Source of the DNA: Spirochaetales bacterium
Lineage (GTDB): Bacteria > Spirochaetota > Spirochaetia > JABEVK01
DNA length: 29,913 nucleotides
Assembly (NCBI GenBank): GCA_013043995.1
Contig: JABEVL010000029.1
Span: 1 to 29,913, forward strand
Direction: 5' to 3'
This document shows, one piece after another, positions 10,127-20,418 of the stretch. The notes beneath the pieces are model-generated. The model was not told the DNA's origin. It did no database searches and saw only the letters and a list, made by a program, of their open reading frames with translations. Position 1 is the first letter of the stretch, and each line of letters begins with the position of its first letter. The position numbers were made by a program, and so were the translations under genes.

Positions 10127-10768
10127 ATGGAAAAGAAAGTCTATTCCGTTCAAGGAAAAGAGATTAAAACCATAACTCTTTCAGATGAGGTGTTTGCCCG
10201 AGAGATCAGTGAAGGTTCAATCTATAACGCGATCAAGAATGAGCTTGCTAATCTCAGGGTTGGTACTGCAGATACGAAAACAAGAGCCGATGTCCACGGC
10301 GCTCACCAAAAACTTTGGAAACAAAAAGGCACTGGGCGTGCTCGTATGGGAACAAAGCAGTCCCCTGTTTGGGTAGGCGGTGGTGTGGTTTTTGGTCCTC
10401 ATCCGAGAGACTATAGTTATGCTATGCCTCGCAAGGTCAAGCAGTTGGCTATGAAATCGATTCTGAGTTTAAAGGCAGCCACTGACGGGTTTAAACTCGT
10501 GGAGAATTTTACAGTCCCAACGGGAAAAACGGCTGACCTTGTAAAGATTCTTAAGAATTTAGTAGCACTCAAAGAAAAGACTGTCATTATCCTGAAAGAT
10601 GATGATGAGTTTTTCAAACGGGCTGCGAGAAATCTTCCCTGGTTAAGTTTCCTTACTTTTAATCGACTTCGTGCTCACGATCTTTTTTACACCAAGAATC
10701 TTCTTGTTATGGAGTCAGCGGCAGTGAATCTTTCGGGGTTTTATTCCTCTGAAAAGAGTGAGGTTTGA
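10127..10768 (+). CDS. rplD: 50S ribosomal protein L4
   Basis: GTADTKTR, KQKGTGRAR, GGGVVFGPHPR; position in the S10 cluster. Confidence 0.98.
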   Translation: MEKKVYSVQGKEIKTITLSDEVFAREISEGSIYNAIKNELANLRVGTADTKTRADVHGAHQKLWKQKGTGRARMGTKQSPVWVGGGVVFGPHPRDYSYAMPRKVKQLAMKSILSLKAATDGFKLVENFTVPTGKTADLVKILKNLVALKEKTVIILKDDDEFFKRAARNLPWLSFLTFNRLRAHDLFYTKNLLVMESAAVNLSGFYSSEKSEV

Positions 10769-10770
10769 AG

Positions 10771-11076
10771 ATGGAAAACTTAGCTGTAATTATAAAGCCG
10801 CTTTTGACTGAAAAGTCGAATCTTTTGCGAGAAGGAAAGTCCAAGAAGTATGCTTTCCGTGTCGATGCAAGAGCGAATAAATTTCAGATCCGACAAGCTG
10901 TTGAAGCCCTGTTTAACGTAAAGACAACGAACTGTCACATCATTAATGTGATCGGCAAAAAGAAGAGTTTGGGGATGCGTGGTGGTCGCCGAACTCCTGG
11001 CACGACTTCGGCCTGGAAAAAAGCTTACGTTACTTTGGTCGCTGATCAGAAGATTGAAAAGTTTGAAGGCGTTTAA
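10771..11076 (+). CDS. rplW: 50S ribosomal protein L23
   Basis: IIKPLLTEKS, ANKFQIRQAVE, WKKAYVTL. ATG 10771 chosen (SD GAGGT at 10760-10764). Confidence 0.97.
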   Translation: MENLAVIIKPLLTEKSNLLREGKSKKYAFRVDARANKFQIRQAVEALFNVKTTNCHIINVIGKKKSLGMRGGRRTPGTTSAWKKAYVTLVADQKIEKFEGV

Positions 11077-11090
11077 CGGAGTAATATAAG

Positions 11091-11912
11091 ATGGCGATAA
11101 AAACTTTTAATCCAGTAACAAAAAGTCTTCGTGGTACTGCCCTCCTGCGTTACGATGACATAACTCGTTCGACCCCCGAAAAGTCTTTGACTACAGGTAA
11201 AATGGAGAAGGCTGGCCGTTCTAACGGTCGCATCAGTGTTCGCAGAAAGGGTGGTGGGCATAAAAAACTTCTGCGCTTGGTCGATTTTCACCGCGAAAAA
11301 TTTGGCGTGCCTGCCGTTGTTAAAGAAATCGAGTACGATCCCAATCGTTCTTCACACTTGGCCCTTTTGTCCTACAAGGATGGGGTTAAACGCTATATTC
11401 TGGCTCCGCGGGGCGTTAAAGTGGGTGATGCTTTGATGAGTGGACCACAGGCGCCCATTCGTGATGGCAATGCGCTTCCTTTGGAAAATATTCCTGTGGG
11501 AAGAAATATTCACGGCATTGAGTTGCAGTTGGGTAAAGGCGCTCAGTTGGCACGTTCTGCGGGTACATCGGCTCAACTGGCTGGTTTTGACGGTGATTAC
11601 GCGATAGTTAAACTTCCTTCCGGTGAAATGCGAATGGTCTTTAAAAAATGTATTGCGACCATTGGCGAAGTCGGAAATGAAGATCATATGAACGTCAAGA
11701 TTGGCAAAGCAGGGCGTAACCGTTGGCTGGGAAAACGTCCGTCCGTCCGTGGTGTGGCTATGAACCCTGTTGATCACCCCCTGGGCGGTGGACAGGGCAA
11801 GACCTCGGGTGGTCGTCATCCTGTAACCCCTTGGGGACAGCCAACAAGAGGTTATAAAACCCGTCAAAAGAACAAGTCTTCCGATCGCTTTATTATTAAG
11901 CGACGGAAGTAG
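11091..11912 (+). CDS. rplB: 50S ribosomal protein L2
   Basis: [35 protein letters not shown]. Confidence 0.99.
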   Translation: MAIKTFNPVTKSLRGTALLRYDDITRSTPEKSLTTGKMEKAGRSNGRISVRRKGGGHKKLLRLVDFHREKFGVPAVVKEIEYDPNRSSHLALLSYKDGVKRYILAPRGVKVGDALMSGPQAPIRDGNALPLENIPVGRNIHGIELQLGKGAQLARSAGTSAQLAGFDGDYAIVKLPSGEMRMVFKKCIATIGEVGNEDHMNVKIGKAGRNRWLGKRPSVRGVAMNPVDHPLGGGQGKTSGGRHPVTPWGQPTRGYKTRQKNKSSDRFIIKRRK

Positions 11913-11921
11913 GAGTGAATC

Positions 11922-12203
11922 GTGTCTCGATCTGTTAAGAAAGGTCCGTACATTGCGAAGCATCTCTACAAAAAAATTGTTGAGATGGGAAAGGATAACG
12001 ATCGAAAGATGGTTAAAACCTATTCTCGTACCTCCACTGTTATTCCTGAAATGGTGGGTTTCACAATTTCTGTCTACAATGGAAAAACTTGGATTCCTGT
12101 TTACATTACTGAGGATTTGGTTGGTCATAAATTAGGAGAATTTTCTCCTACTCGGACCTACCGTGGTCATGCGGGCTCCGATAAAAAGGCAGGGAAAAAA
12201 TAA
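11922..12203 (+). CDS. rpsS: 30S ribosomal protein S19
   Basis: [26 protein letters not shown]; GTG start. Confidence 0.99.
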   Translation: MSRSVKKGPYIAKHLYKKIVEMGKDNDRKMVKTYSRTSTVIPEMVGFTISVYNGKTWIPVYITEDLVGHKLGEFSPTRTYRGHAGSDKKAGKK

Positions 12204-12559
12204 TGGAGACAAATAAAGGCTTTTCGGCCTTTGCGCGTGGGCTTCCCATGTCGGCAAAGAAAGTCCGCCCGCTGGCTGACCATTTGCGGCGAAAGAAAGT
12301 TTCTGATGTCTTGGCCTTGCTTGAAGTTATGCCGCATAAAGGTGCTTACTTTTTAAAGAAAGTGATTCAGTCAGCTGCTTCAAACGCTGTTTATCAAAAT
12401 AAGCAACTTGATGAGGATCAGCTCGTTGTTTCTCGTCTGATGATCGACGAAGGTCAAAGCTCGACTAAGGTTTGGCCCCGTGCCCGTGGTCGAGCAGACC
12501 GTTTGAAAAAACGCACCTGCCACATAACTGTTGAAGTCGAAGAAAAAGGAGCGAAGTAA
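12203..12559 (+). CDS. rplV: 50S ribosomal protein L22
   Basis: SAKKVR, SAASNA, PRARGRA, KRTCHITV; position in the cluster. Confidence 0.96.
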   Translation: METNKGFSAFARGLPMSAKKVRPLADHLRRKKVSDVLALLEVMPHKGAYFLKKVIQSAASNAVYQNKQLDEDQLVVSRLMIDEGQSSTKVWPRARGRADRLKKRTCHITVEVEEKGAK

Positions 12560-12562
12560 TCC

Positions 12563-13261
12563 ATGGGCCAGAAAGTTCATCCATACGGTTTACGGCTCGG
12601 TATCAATAAAACTTGGAAATCCCGTTGGTTTGTTGATCCCCGGGACTACGCCAAGACGCTTCATGAAGATCTTAAATTGCGAAAGGCAATTATGGATTTG
12701 CCCGAAACCAAGGGTGCCGATATTTCGGATCTTGAAATTGTTCGCCAGCCTCAAAGAATTACGGTTGTTATTAATACAGCTCGTCCTGGTGTGATCATCG
12801 GTTCTAAGGGTGCCAACATTGAAAAGATTGGAGAAAGCCTTCAAAAGCTTGTGGATAAGAAAGTTTCCATAAAAATTAAGGAAATTAAGAAGCCAGAAGG
12901 TGACGCTCAGATTGTGGCCTTGAATGTCGCGCGTCAACTTAAAAATCGTGGCTCATTTCGAAAGGCTTTAAAACAGGCGATCACGAATTGTATGAAGACC
13001 GGTGCGCAAGGTATTAAGATCATGATTTCAGGTCGCTTGGGTGGTGCCGAGATGGCTCGTACCATGCAACTGAAAGAAGGTCGCGTTCCTTTGCAAACAT
13101 TAAGGGCCAACCTGGATTATGGTTTTGCGGAAGCATTTACGACTTATGGTGCTATTGGTGTCAAAGTTTGGGTTTTTAACGGTGATATTTACGAAAAAAA
13201 CTCAAAAGAAGACGCTGGTGTTTTGGTTAAGAAAAGTCTCGATAAGAAGGATGGGAACTAA
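12563..13261 (+). CDS. rpsC: 30S ribosomal protein S3
   Basis: [15 protein letters not shown] domain [27 protein letters not shown]. Confidence 0.99.
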   Translation: MGQKVHPYGLRLGINKTWKSRWFVDPRDYAKTLHEDLKLRKAIMDLPETKGADISDLEIVRQPQRITVVINTARPGVIIGSKGANIEKIGESLQKLVDKKVSIKIKEIKKPEGDAQIVALNVARQLKNRGSFRKALKQAITNCMKTGAQGIKIMISGRLGGAEMARTMQLKEGRVPLQTLRANLDYGFAEAFTTYGAIGVKVWVFNGDIYEKNSKEDAGVLVKKSLDKKDGN

Positions 13262-13263
13262 TC

Positions 13264-13686
13264 GTGTTAGCACCTAAGCGCATGAAGTTCAGGAAGAAAC
13301 AACGCGGACATTTTCGTGGCGTAGCAACGACTTGTAATACTCTGGCTTTTGGCGAATTCGCGCTTGCAGCTGTTGAAACTCTTTGGATCACAAACCGTCA
13401 GATAGAAGCTGCGCGTGTTGCCATGACTCGTCACATTAAACGCGGTGGTAAGGTTTGGATCAGAATTTTCCCTGATATGCCTTATACGAAGAAACCTGCT
13501 GAAACTCGTATGGGTAAGGGAAAGGGAAATGTGGAAGGTTGGGTTGCTTTAGTTAAACCTGGCACGGTTATTTTTGAAATGGCTGGTGTTTCGCAAGAAT
13601 TAGCCACTGAAGCCATGGCCTTGGCGAGTGCTAAGCTTCCGATTAATACAAAGTTTATTCAAAGACGGGAGTTGGGTGGATCATGA
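13264..13686 (+). CDS. rplP: 50S ribosomal protein L16
   Basis: [26 protein letters not shown]; GTG start. Confidence 0.99.
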   Translation: MLAPKRMKFRKKQRGHFRGVATTCNTLAFGEFALAAVETLWITNRQIEAARVAMTRHIKRGGKVWIRIFPDMPYTKKPAETRMGKGKGNVEGWVALVKPGTVIFEMAGVSQELATEAMALASAKLPINTKFIQRRELGGS

Positions 13687-13883
13687 AAGACCGTTTCAAA
13701 GAAATCTCCAGGGCAGAAGCCCTGGCTAAGGTTGCCGAACTTAAAAAGGAATACCTTGATTTTCGTTTTCAAATGGTTTTGGGCCATGTTGAAAATCCAC
13801 TTCACAAACGGACATTGCGTCGTCAGATCTCTCGTTTGAACACGATTGTTTCTGAGTTTGATCGGGGAGTAAGGAAGGCTTAA
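13683..13883 (+). CDS. rpmC: 50S ribosomal protein L29
   Basis: ELKKE..DFRFQ...G.VENP...RRQISRLNT; position in the cluster. Confidence 0.95.
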   Translation: MKDRFKEISRAEALAKVAELKKEYLDFRFQMVLGHVENPLHKRTLRRQISRLNTIVSEFDRGVRKA

Positions 13884-13884
13884 C

Positions 13885-14145
13885 ATGACAGACGTAAAGA
13901 TCATTAAGAAGATTTTTCAAGGTAAAGTCGTTAGTGACAAGATGGAAAAGACGATCACGGTTCTTGTAGAACGTCGAACTCTGCATCCTATTTATCAAAA
14001 ATATGTTACGCAGAGCAAAAAGTTTAAAGCTCACGATGAAACCAATGATGCGAAGGTTGGTGATATTGTTCGGATCATCGAATGTCGCCCGATCAGTAAA
14101 GACAAAACCTGGAATCTTCTTGAGATTGTCGAGCGGGCAAGGTAA
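13885..14145 (+). CDS. rpsQ: 30S ribosomal protein S17
   Basis: [34 protein letters not shown]. Confidence 0.99.
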   Translation: MTDVKIIKKIFQGKVVSDKMEKTITVLVERRTLHPIYQKYVTQSKKFKAHDETNDAKVGDIVRIIECRPISKDKTWNLLEIVERAR

Positions 14146-14156
14146 AGGGGTAGGTT

Positions 14157-14525
14157 ATGGTTCAGCAAGAAACCTTTTTGAATGTTGCTGATAATACCGG
14201 CGCAAAGCTGGTGCAGTGCATTCGTGTGTTGGGTGGTACAAGTCGTAAGTATGCCAGTGTTGGTGACCTGATTATTGTTGCTGTTAAAGAGTCGATTCCT
14301 ACGGCAATGGTTAAGAAGGGTGACGTTCAGACAGCTGTTGTCGTTCGTGTGCACAAGGAGTATAGGCGTCCTGACGGAACATATATCCGTTTTGATGACA
14401 ACGCTTGTGTGATTATTGATGAGGCTTATAATCCCAAAGGTAAAAGAATATTTGGGCCTGTAGCACGTGAACTTCGTGATAAAGATTTTATGAAGATCAT
14501 TTCCCTGGCTCCGGAAGTAGTGTGA
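14157..14525 (+). CDS. rplN: 50S ribosomal protein L14
   Basis: [33 protein letters not shown]. Confidence 0.99.
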   Translation: MVQQETFLNVADNTGAKLVQCIRVLGGTSRKYASVGDLIIVAVKESIPTAMVKKGDVQTAVVVRVHKEYRRPDGTYIRFDDNACVIIDEAYNPKGKRIFGPVARELRDKDFMKIISLAPEVV

Positions 14526-14533
14526 GGTTTGAG

Positions 14534-14842
14534 ATGAAGACCAAACTGAAGAAAAATGACCTTGTTAAGATTCTTACGGGAAAAGACAAGGGGAAGACCG
14601 GTCATATCATTGAGATCGATCCTGTCAAGGAACGTGTCCTTGTTGAAGGCTGCAATATGAAGAAAAAAACCATGAAGCCGCGCAGTCAGCAAGACAAAGG
14701 TGGCATCATGGAAATTGAGGGATCTTTGCACCTCTCGAACGTCATGGCGGTCACAAAAAACGGTAAACCTTCTCGCCTGGGTTTTAGATTTGAAGAGGGC
14801 AAAAAAATTAGGTTTGCTAAATCAACTGGGGAGGCTCTTTGA
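14534..14842 (+). CDS. rplX: 50S ribosomal protein L24
   Basis: KOW motif [25 protein letters not shown] 14534 chosen (SD GAGG). Confidence 0.97.
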   Translation: MKTKLKKNDLVKILTGKDKGKTGHIIEIDPVKERVLVEGCNMKKKTMKPRSQQDKGGIMEIEGSLHLSNVMAVTKNGKPSRLGFRFEEGKKIRFAKSTGEAL

Positions 14843-15411
14843 TGGCTGAAAAGAAAGCCTCGACAACTTATCATCCTCGCCTCAAGGTGATCTATAAAGA
14901 TAAGGTTGCCAAGGAATTGATGGAAGAATTTCAATATTCATCGGTTATGCAGGTGCCTAAGATTGAAAAGGTTGTTGTAAGTGTTGGCATGGGGGAAGCT
15001 CTTAATAACAAGAAGCTTTTGGATGCCACAGTGAAGGAACTTGGTCAGATTACGGGTCAAAAAGCTGTAAAAACCAAAGCAAGAAAATCTGTCGCAAACT
15101 TTAAAGTGCGCGAAGGCCAAGAAATTGGCGCGATGGTGACTTTGCGCGGTGATACGATGTACGAATTTCTTGACCGATTGTTGAGCGTTGCTCTTCCTCG
15201 CGTTAAAGATTTTCGTGGCGTCAATGCAAATGCGTTTGACGGTCATGGCAATTATTCTTTGGGGATAACTGAGCAGATCATTTTCCCTGAGATTGATTAT
15301 GATAAAATTGAGAAAGTGAGCGGGTTAAACGTAGCTATCGTTACGTCGGCTCCCACGGATCAAGAAGCTAGAAGCCTTTTGAAAAGGCTTGGCATGCCCT
15401 TTAAGAGGTAA
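14842..15411 (+). CDS. rplE: 50S ribosomal protein L5
   Basis: [35 protein letters not shown]; TGATG overlap with rplX. Confidence 0.99.
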   Translation: MAEKKASTTYHPRLKVIYKDKVAKELMEEFQYSSVMQVPKIEKVVVSVGMGEALNNKKLLDATVKELGQITGQKAVKTKARKSVANFKVREGQEIGAMVTLRGDTMYEFLDRLLSVALPRVKDFRGVNANAFDGHGNYSLGITEQIIFPEIDYDKIEKVSGLNVAIVTSAPTDQEARSLLKRLGMPFKR

Positions 15412-15414
15412 TTT

Positions 15415-15600
15415 ATGGCTAAAAAATCTCTGATTATCAAAAGCCAAAAAAAGCAGAAGTACTCTACTCGACAGTACAATCGCTGTCTGGTTTGTGGTCG
15501 TCCGCGTGGTTATATCAGTAAGTTTCAATTGTGCCGCTTGTGTTTCCGGAAGTATGCCAGTGAAGGCCTTCTCCCCGGCGTAACCAAGTCGAGCTGGTAG
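15415..15600 (+). CDS. rpsN: 30S ribosomal protein S14, zinc-binding (type Z, C+) form
   Basis: 61 aa, RCLVCGRPR and CRLCFR, ends GVTKSSW. Confidence 0.98.
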   Translation: MAKKSLIIKSQKKQKYSTRQYNRCLVCGRPRGYISKFQLCRLCFRKYASEGLLPGVTKSSW

Positions 15601-15615
15601 TGGAGGAAGAAAGAA

Positions 15616-16014
15616 GTGTCTGTTTCCGATCCAATTGCTGACATGCTGACGAAAATCCGAAACGCCAGCGAAGCCAAGTTCGAAAAAGTTGACATCGCAA
15701 CCTCAAAGCTAAAACTCGAAGTTGTGAAGATTCTTAAGAATGAAGGCTATATAAAAAACTTTAAGAAAGTTGTCCAAGACGGTCAAAATGCCTTGAGGAT
15801 TTTCTTAAAGTACGATGATAAGAATTCTGGAGTTATCCATGGTCTCCGGTCGTATTCTACACCGGGACGTCGGGTTTATTCAGGGTATAAAGAAATGCCT
15901 CGCGTTTTGAATGGTTATGGAACTCTGATTGTTTCAACATCTCAAGGCGTAACAACAGGTCGAAAAGCTGCTGAAAAGAAAGTCGGCGGCGAGTTGATCT
16001 GTACGGTTTGGTGA
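15616..16014 (+). CDS. rpsH: 30S ribosomal protein S8
   Basis: [33 protein letters not shown]; GTG start. Confidence 0.99.
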   Translation: MSVSDPIADMLTKIRNASEAKFEKVDIATSKLKLEVVKILKNEGYIKNFKKVVQDGQNALRIFLKYDDKNSGVIHGLRSYSTPGRRVYSGYKEMPRVLNGYGTLIVSTSQGVTTGRKAAEKKVGGELICTVW

Positions 16015-16030
16015 GTTAAGGAGATCTGGA

Positions 16031-16573
16031 ATGTCTCGTATAGGCAATATGTCCATAGAAGTGCCTAAGGGCGCTAAGGTCAGTTTTTCAGGTGATCTTT
16101 TTACTGTCGAAGGACCGAAAGGAAAACTGACTCAGAGCTATGATCCTTGTATTAGTTTTACCCAAGAGGGCTCCTTGATTCGAGTTGTTCGTTCGAGCGA
16201 GGAAAAATCTGTTAAAGCTAAGCACGGGCTTTACCGCAATCTTTTGAATAATATGCTGATCGGTGTCGTTCAGGGTTTTTCTCGAGTTTTGGTAATCAAT
16301 GGTGTCGGGTACCGGGGAGAAGTCAAAGGAAACATTTTGACTCTGAACTTGGGCTACTCGAATCAAATTGAGTACATGATCCCTAAAGGTGTTCAAATCG
16401 CTGTTGAAAACAATACAAAGATTTCAATAGCTGGAATTAGCAAAGAACAAGTGGGTCAGGTTGCCAGTGAGATTCGTAGTCTGCGAGCTCCTGAACCTTA
16501 CAAAGGGAAGGGAATTCGCTACGAAGACGAGACGATTCGGCGCAAGGTCGGAAAGTCAGGCGTTAAGAAATAA
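16031..16573 (+). CDS. rplF: 50S ribosomal protein L6
   Basis: MSRIG, GPKGKL, GVGYR, PEPYKGKGIRY. Confidence 0.99.
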   Translation: MSRIGNMSIEVPKGAKVSFSGDLFTVEGPKGKLTQSYDPCISFTQEGSLIRVVRSSEEKSVKAKHGLYRNLLNNMLIGVVQGFSRVLVINGVGYRGEVKGNILTLNLGYSNQIEYMIPKGVQIAVENNTKISIAGISKEQVGQVASEIRSLRAPEPYKGKGIRYEDETIRRKVGKSGVKK

Positions 16574-16585
16574 CGGGAGTTGGGC

Positions 16586-16945
16586 ATGAAGAAACTGATT
16601 GCAAAAGCAAAACGCAGACAACGAAGGAAGCTTCGTATTCGAGAGATTGTGCGCGGAACTTCTTCTCGTCCGCGGTTGAGTGTTTTTCGATCCAATCTCC
16701 ATTTTTATTGTCAGGCAATTGACGATCTGAGCGGTACAACTTTAGTTGCTGTGTCTGACCTTGAAAAGGATCTCCAGGCTAAAACCATGAATTCTGAGAC
16801 TGTCAAGAAACTGGGTCAGACCTTGGGAAAGCGGCTTAAAGAGAAAAAGATCGAGACTGTTGTTTTTGACCGTGGTGGTTTTCAGTATCACGGTGTCATT
16901 AAGAATTTTGCCGATGCAATTCGCGAATCGGGCATCAAGTTCTAA
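16586..16945 (+). CDS. rplR: 50S ribosomal protein L18
   Basis: RPRLSVFRSN, VFDRGGFQYHG, ADAIRESG. ATG 16586 chosen (SD GGAG). Confidence 0.98.
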   Translation: MKKLIAKAKRRQRRKLRIREIVRGTSSRPRLSVFRSNLHFYCQAIDDLSGTTLVAVSDLEKDLQAKTMNSETVKKLGQTLGKRLKEKKIETVVFDRGGFQYHGVIKNFADAIRESGIKF

Positions 16946-16954
16946 GGGGTAAGT

Positions 16955-17452
16955 ATGGATCAGGCTAGAGATAATAAAGAGTACGTTGAAAAACTGATCC
17001 GGCTGAACCGGGTTGCTAAAGTCGTGAAAGGCGGACGGCGATTTTCTTTTTCAGCCATGGTCGTAGTTGGGGACCGTAACGGAAACGTTGGTTATGGCTT
17101 TGGTAAAGCTAATGACGTTTCTGAAGCTATCCGCAAAAGCGTAGAGAAGGCAAAACGAAATATGATGAATGTTCCTGTTAAGAATGGAACTTTGCCACAT
17201 GAGTTGAATACGACCTATAAAAGTTCACACGTGCTTTTAAAACCGGCAGCGCCCGGTACGGGTATTATTGCGGGCGGCCATGTCCGAGCAGTTATGGAAG
17301 CTGTGGGTGTGAAAGATGTCCTGAGCAAGTCGATCGGCTCTGGTAATTCTGTCAATGTCGTCAAAACAGTTTTTAAAGGTTTTGTAGAAATGATCGACGC
17401 CAAAAAAATGTCTTTAGGACGTGGTAAAGCGTTGAAGGAACTGTGGGGTTAG
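16955..17452 (+). CDS. rpsE: 30S ribosomal protein S5
   Basis: [26 protein letters not shown]. Confidence 0.99.
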   Translation: MDQARDNKEYVEKLIRLNRVAKVVKGGRRFSFSAMVVVGDRNGNVGYGFGKANDVSEAIRKSVEKAKRNMMNVPVKNGTLPHELNTTYKSSHVLLKPAAPGTGIIAGGHVRAVMEAVGVKDVLSKSIGSGNSVNVVKTVFKGFVEMIDAKKMSLGRGKALKELWG

Positions 17453-17455
17453 GCG

Positions 17456-17641
17456 ATGGCAAAAAAAATTCGCGTCAAGCTCGTACGGAGCACGATTGGT
17501 AAGAATCCGAATCAAGTTGCTACTGTTAAAGCTCTTGGTTTGCGAAAAATAGGTTCAGAAGTGGAGTTTGAGGTCAACGCTTCCCTTTTGGGCATGGTTG
17601 AGACCGTGGCACACCTGGTGGTGTGGGAGGATGTTAAATAA
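17456..17641 (+). CDS. rpmD: 50S ribosomal protein L30
   Basis: KLVRSTIG, ALGLRKI, GMVETVAHLV. Confidence 0.97.
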   Translation: MAKKIRVKLVRSTIGKNPNQVATVKALGLRKIGSEVEFEVNASLLGMVETVAHLVVWEDVK

Positions 17642-18102
17642 TGGAAAATCCGTATATTCTCAGAGCTCCCATCGGTGCAAACACGAAGAAAACGATTATT
17701 GGACGCGGTCGATCTAGCGGGACGGGTGGAACTTCTGGTCGAGGAAATAAAGGACAAAAATCTCGTTCTGGCGGGGGTGTTCGACTTGGCTTTGAAGGTG
17801 GTCAGACTCCCTTGTTTAGGCGTTTGCCTTCCCGGGGTTTTTCAAATGCCGTTTTTACGGTCAGATATTCTGTAGTTAACCTTTCTCTTCTCGAGCAAGC
17901 TTATGAAAATGGCGATACCGTCAATTTTGAGTCTCTTGTGGCTAAAGGCTTGATTAAGCGAAGCGAGACCCTTGTTAAGGTTCTCGGAAAAGGTACCTTG
18001 ACCAAGAAACTTACTGTCTCTGTCGACAAGCTTTCTGAAAGCGCTAAATCCGCGATCGAGAAAGCCGGTGGAAAGGTTGTTTCTGTGGTCGAAAATTCTT
18101 AG
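17641..18102 (+). CDS. rplO: 50S ribosomal protein L15
   Basis: GRG.SSG.GGTSGRGNKGQKSRSG, GFEGGQTPL.RRLP.RGF. Confidence 0.99.
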   Translation: MENPYILRAPIGANTKKTIIGRGRSSGTGGTSGRGNKGQKSRSGGGVRLGFEGGQTPLFRRLPSRGFSNAVFTVRYSVVNLSLLEQAYENGDTVNFESLVAKGLIKRSETLVKVLGKGTLTKKLTVSVDKLSESAKSAIEKAGGKVVSVVENS

Positions 18103-18114
18103 TGGGATCATAGA

Positions 18115-19437
18115 ATGGCTGGAACCGCGCTTGTCGACATTTTTCGCATCAAGGATCTTCGGGACAGAATTTTTTTCACCATCGGTGTGCTTCTAGTTTT
18201 TCGTCTGGGAGCTGTTTTGCCGATTCCTGGAATTAATGTCACTGCTCTAAAGACTTTTTTCTCTCATCAGCAGTCTAATGGAAGTTCCCTGACAGATTAT
18301 TTTAACTTCTTTTCAGGTGGAGCTTTCGACCATTTTTCTTTGTTCATGTTAGGCATTATGCCCTACATTTCAATGTCGATCATTATGCAATTGATCGTGG
18401 TTGTTTTTCCTCGAATGAAGAAAATTCAGGAAGAAGACGGTGGACGAAAAAAGATCCAACGATGGACGCGCATTGGAACTGTCGGAGTTTGTCTGATTCA
18501 GTCCTACGCTGTGACTTCTTACGCAAAAAGTATACCTGATGCTGTTTCAATTTCCCACTGGGCTTTTGTGTTAATAGCGATGCTGACAGTGACGACGGGA
18601 ACCTTATTCCTCATGTGGATGGGCGAACAAATCAATCAACGCGGAATTGGTAACGGTATTTCTTTGTTGATTTTTACGGGTATCGTAGCTCGAATCCCTG
18701 ATGCAGTTTATCAGTTGTTTCAAGCCATTCAACGTGGTGATCTTAACCCCGTCTTTGTTATTCTTGTCTTTCTGTTGTTTGTTGTCGTTATTGCCTTGGT
18801 TATATTCGAGCAGCAAGGGATGCGAAAAATCCCAGTCCACTACGCCAAGCGTGTTGTTGGAAAAAAATTATTTGGGGCGCAGAACACCTATATTCCTTTT
18901 AAACTTAACCCTTCTGGCGTTATTCCCATCATCTTTGCGAGTTCTTTCTTGATGTTTCCGCTCCAGATTGCAGGAAATTTGGGTGGCTCAGTACCTTGGT
19001 TGGCTGCGGTGGCCGAGTTTCTTCGTCCCCACGATTGGCCATATTTGGCTATTTACACCTTATTGATTATTTTCTTTGCTTATTTCTACACACAGGTTAC
19101 CTTGAACCCCGTTGAAATTTCTAAACAAATTCGTGAAAACGGTGGCTCGATCCCCGGTATTCGTTCTGAAAAAATGGAAGAGCATTTGACAAGAATCTTG
19201 AATAGGATTATCCTTCCGGGGTCCTTGTTCTTGGCTCTTATCGCGGTCATTCCTCAATTGATTGTGATGTGGATACCCGGTTTCCCTCAGGCGCTTGCCT
19301 ACATTATGGGCGGTACTTCTCTCCTGATTTTGGTTGGTGTTGACCTGGATACGATGAACCAAATTGAAGGACATCTGAGAATGCATCACCATGAAGGGTT
19401 TGCTAAGAAAGGCAAAATCCGGTCCAGGAATTTATAG
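18115..19437 (+). CDS. secY: Preprotein translocase subunit SecY
   Basis: LGIMPYIS, GIGNGISLLI, KLNPSGVIPIIFA, GGTSLLILVGV; about ten hydrophobic segments. Confidence 0.99.
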   Translation: MAGTALVDIFRIKDLRDRIFFTIGVLLVFRLGAVLPIPGINVTALKTFFSHQQSNGSSLTDYFNFFSGGAFDHFSLFMLGIMPYISMSIIMQLIVVVFPRMKKIQEEDGGRKKIQRWTRIGTVGVCLIQSYAVTSYAKSIPDAVSISHWAFVLIAMLTVTTGTLFLMWMGEQINQRGIGNGISLLIFTGIVARIPDAVYQLFQAIQRGDLNPVFVILVFLLFVVVIALVIFEQQGMRKIPVHYAKRVVGKKLFGAQNTYIPFKLNPSGVIPIIFASSFLMFPLQIAGNLGGSVPWLAAVAEFLRPHDWPYLAIYTLLIIFFAYFYTQVTLNPVEISKQIRENGGSIPGIRSEKMEEHLTRILNRIILPGSLFLALIAVIPQLIVMWIPGFPQALAYIMGGTSLLILVGVDLDTMNQIEGHLRMHHHEGFAKKGKIRSRNL

Positions 19438-19449
19438 GAGATTTGCTGA

Positions 19450-19563
19450 ATGAAAGTTAGAGTCAGCGTTAAACCAATTTGTGATCAGTGCAAAGTCATT
19501 CGCAGACATGGTGTTTTACGAATTATTTGTACTAACCCCAAGCATAAACAAAGACAGCGATAA
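19450..19563 (+). CDS. rpmJ: 50S ribosomal protein L36 (zinc-binding form; too short for the ORF track)
   Basis: Manual translation: [37 protein letters not shown] (37 aa); SD AGGAG upstream. Confidence 0.98.
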   Translation: MKVRVSVKPICDQCKVIRRHGVLRIICTNPKHKQRQR

Positions 19564-19574
19564 GGAAAATATTT

Positions 19575-19940
19575 ATGGCCAGAATTGCGGGTATTGATCT
19601 TCCCAACAAACATATTGACATTGCTTTGACCTACATTTATGGGATAGGAAGAGCTTCTGCTACGAAGATTTGTCAAAAAACGAAAATTGATCCTGACAAG
19701 AAGACAAATGATCTCAATCAGGATGAAGTCAATGAGCTGAGGAAAATTATTGAGAATGACTTTGTTGTGGAAGGGCGCTTGCGTTCCGAAGTTTCTCTTA
19801 ATATTAAAAGATTGATGGATATTGGTTGCTATCGGGGATTAAGGCACCGGCGGGGTTTGCCGGTCAGAGGTCAACGGACAAAGACCAATGCCCGTACGCG
19901 TAAAGGTAAGCGGAAGACAGTTGCGAACAAGAAGAAGTAA
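19575..19940 (+). CDS. rpsM: 30S ribosomal protein S13
   Basis: [42 protein letters not shown]. Confidence 0.99.
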   Translation: MARIAGIDLPNKHIDIALTYIYGIGRASATKICQKTKIDPDKKTNDLNQDEVNELRKIIENDFVVEGRLRSEVSLNIKRLMDIGCYRGLRHRRGLPVRGQRTKTNARTRKGKRKTVANKKK

Positions 19941-19954
19941 GCGGGGGCATAATT

Positions 19955-20335
19955 TTGGCTAAGGTTAAGAAGAAGAAAGAAAAAAAGATTGTTTTTGAAG
20001 GGAATGTTTTTATACAGGCTACATTCAATAACACTATTGTGACTGTTACTGATATGCGCGGTAATGCTCTTTCATGGGCATCAGCTGGCGGATTGGGTTT
20101 TCGTGGTGCTAAGAAGTCTACCCCTTTTGCAGCCCAAACAACTGCTGAAAATGCGGTAAATAAGGCAAAAGAGTACGGACTTCGTGAATTGCACGTTTAT
20201 GTTAAGGGACCTGGTGTTGGGCGAGAATCTGCTATTCGTTCGATGGGCGCTCTTGGCTTCCGTGTGAAGAGCATTCACGATGTTACTCCTATTCCGCACA
20301 ATGGTTGCCGTCCTCGTAAAAGTCGGCGTGTCTGA
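19955..20335 (+). CDS. rpsK: 30S ribosomal protein S11
   Basis: [35 protein letters not shown]; TTG start. Confidence 0.99.
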   Translation: MAKVKKKKEKKIVFEGNVFIQATFNNTIVTVTDMRGNALSWASAGGLGFRGAKKSTPFAAQTTAENAVNKAKEYGLRELHVYVKGPGVGRESAIRSMGALGFRVKSIHDVTPIPHNGCRPRKSRRV

Positions 20336-20365
20336 TTTAGTTCAGTTCAAACCGACTCAGGGAGT

Positions 20366-20393
20366 GACCGGTCTTAGGATCGGTCCTTTTATT
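20366..20393 (+). terminator. Weak terminator-like hairpin between rpsK and rpoA
   Basis: Stem GACCGGTC/GATCGGTC, loop TTAG, followed by CTTTTATT. Confidence 0.5.
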
Positions 20394-20418
20394 GTTCCGA
20401 GGATATTAAGGAGTTGAA

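Noticed and set aside
11352-12128. 258-aa antisense ORF over rplB/rpsS, and similar antisense ORFs throughout the r-protein cluster
   Set aside because: They fully overlap universally conserved genes and have no protein-like motifs.
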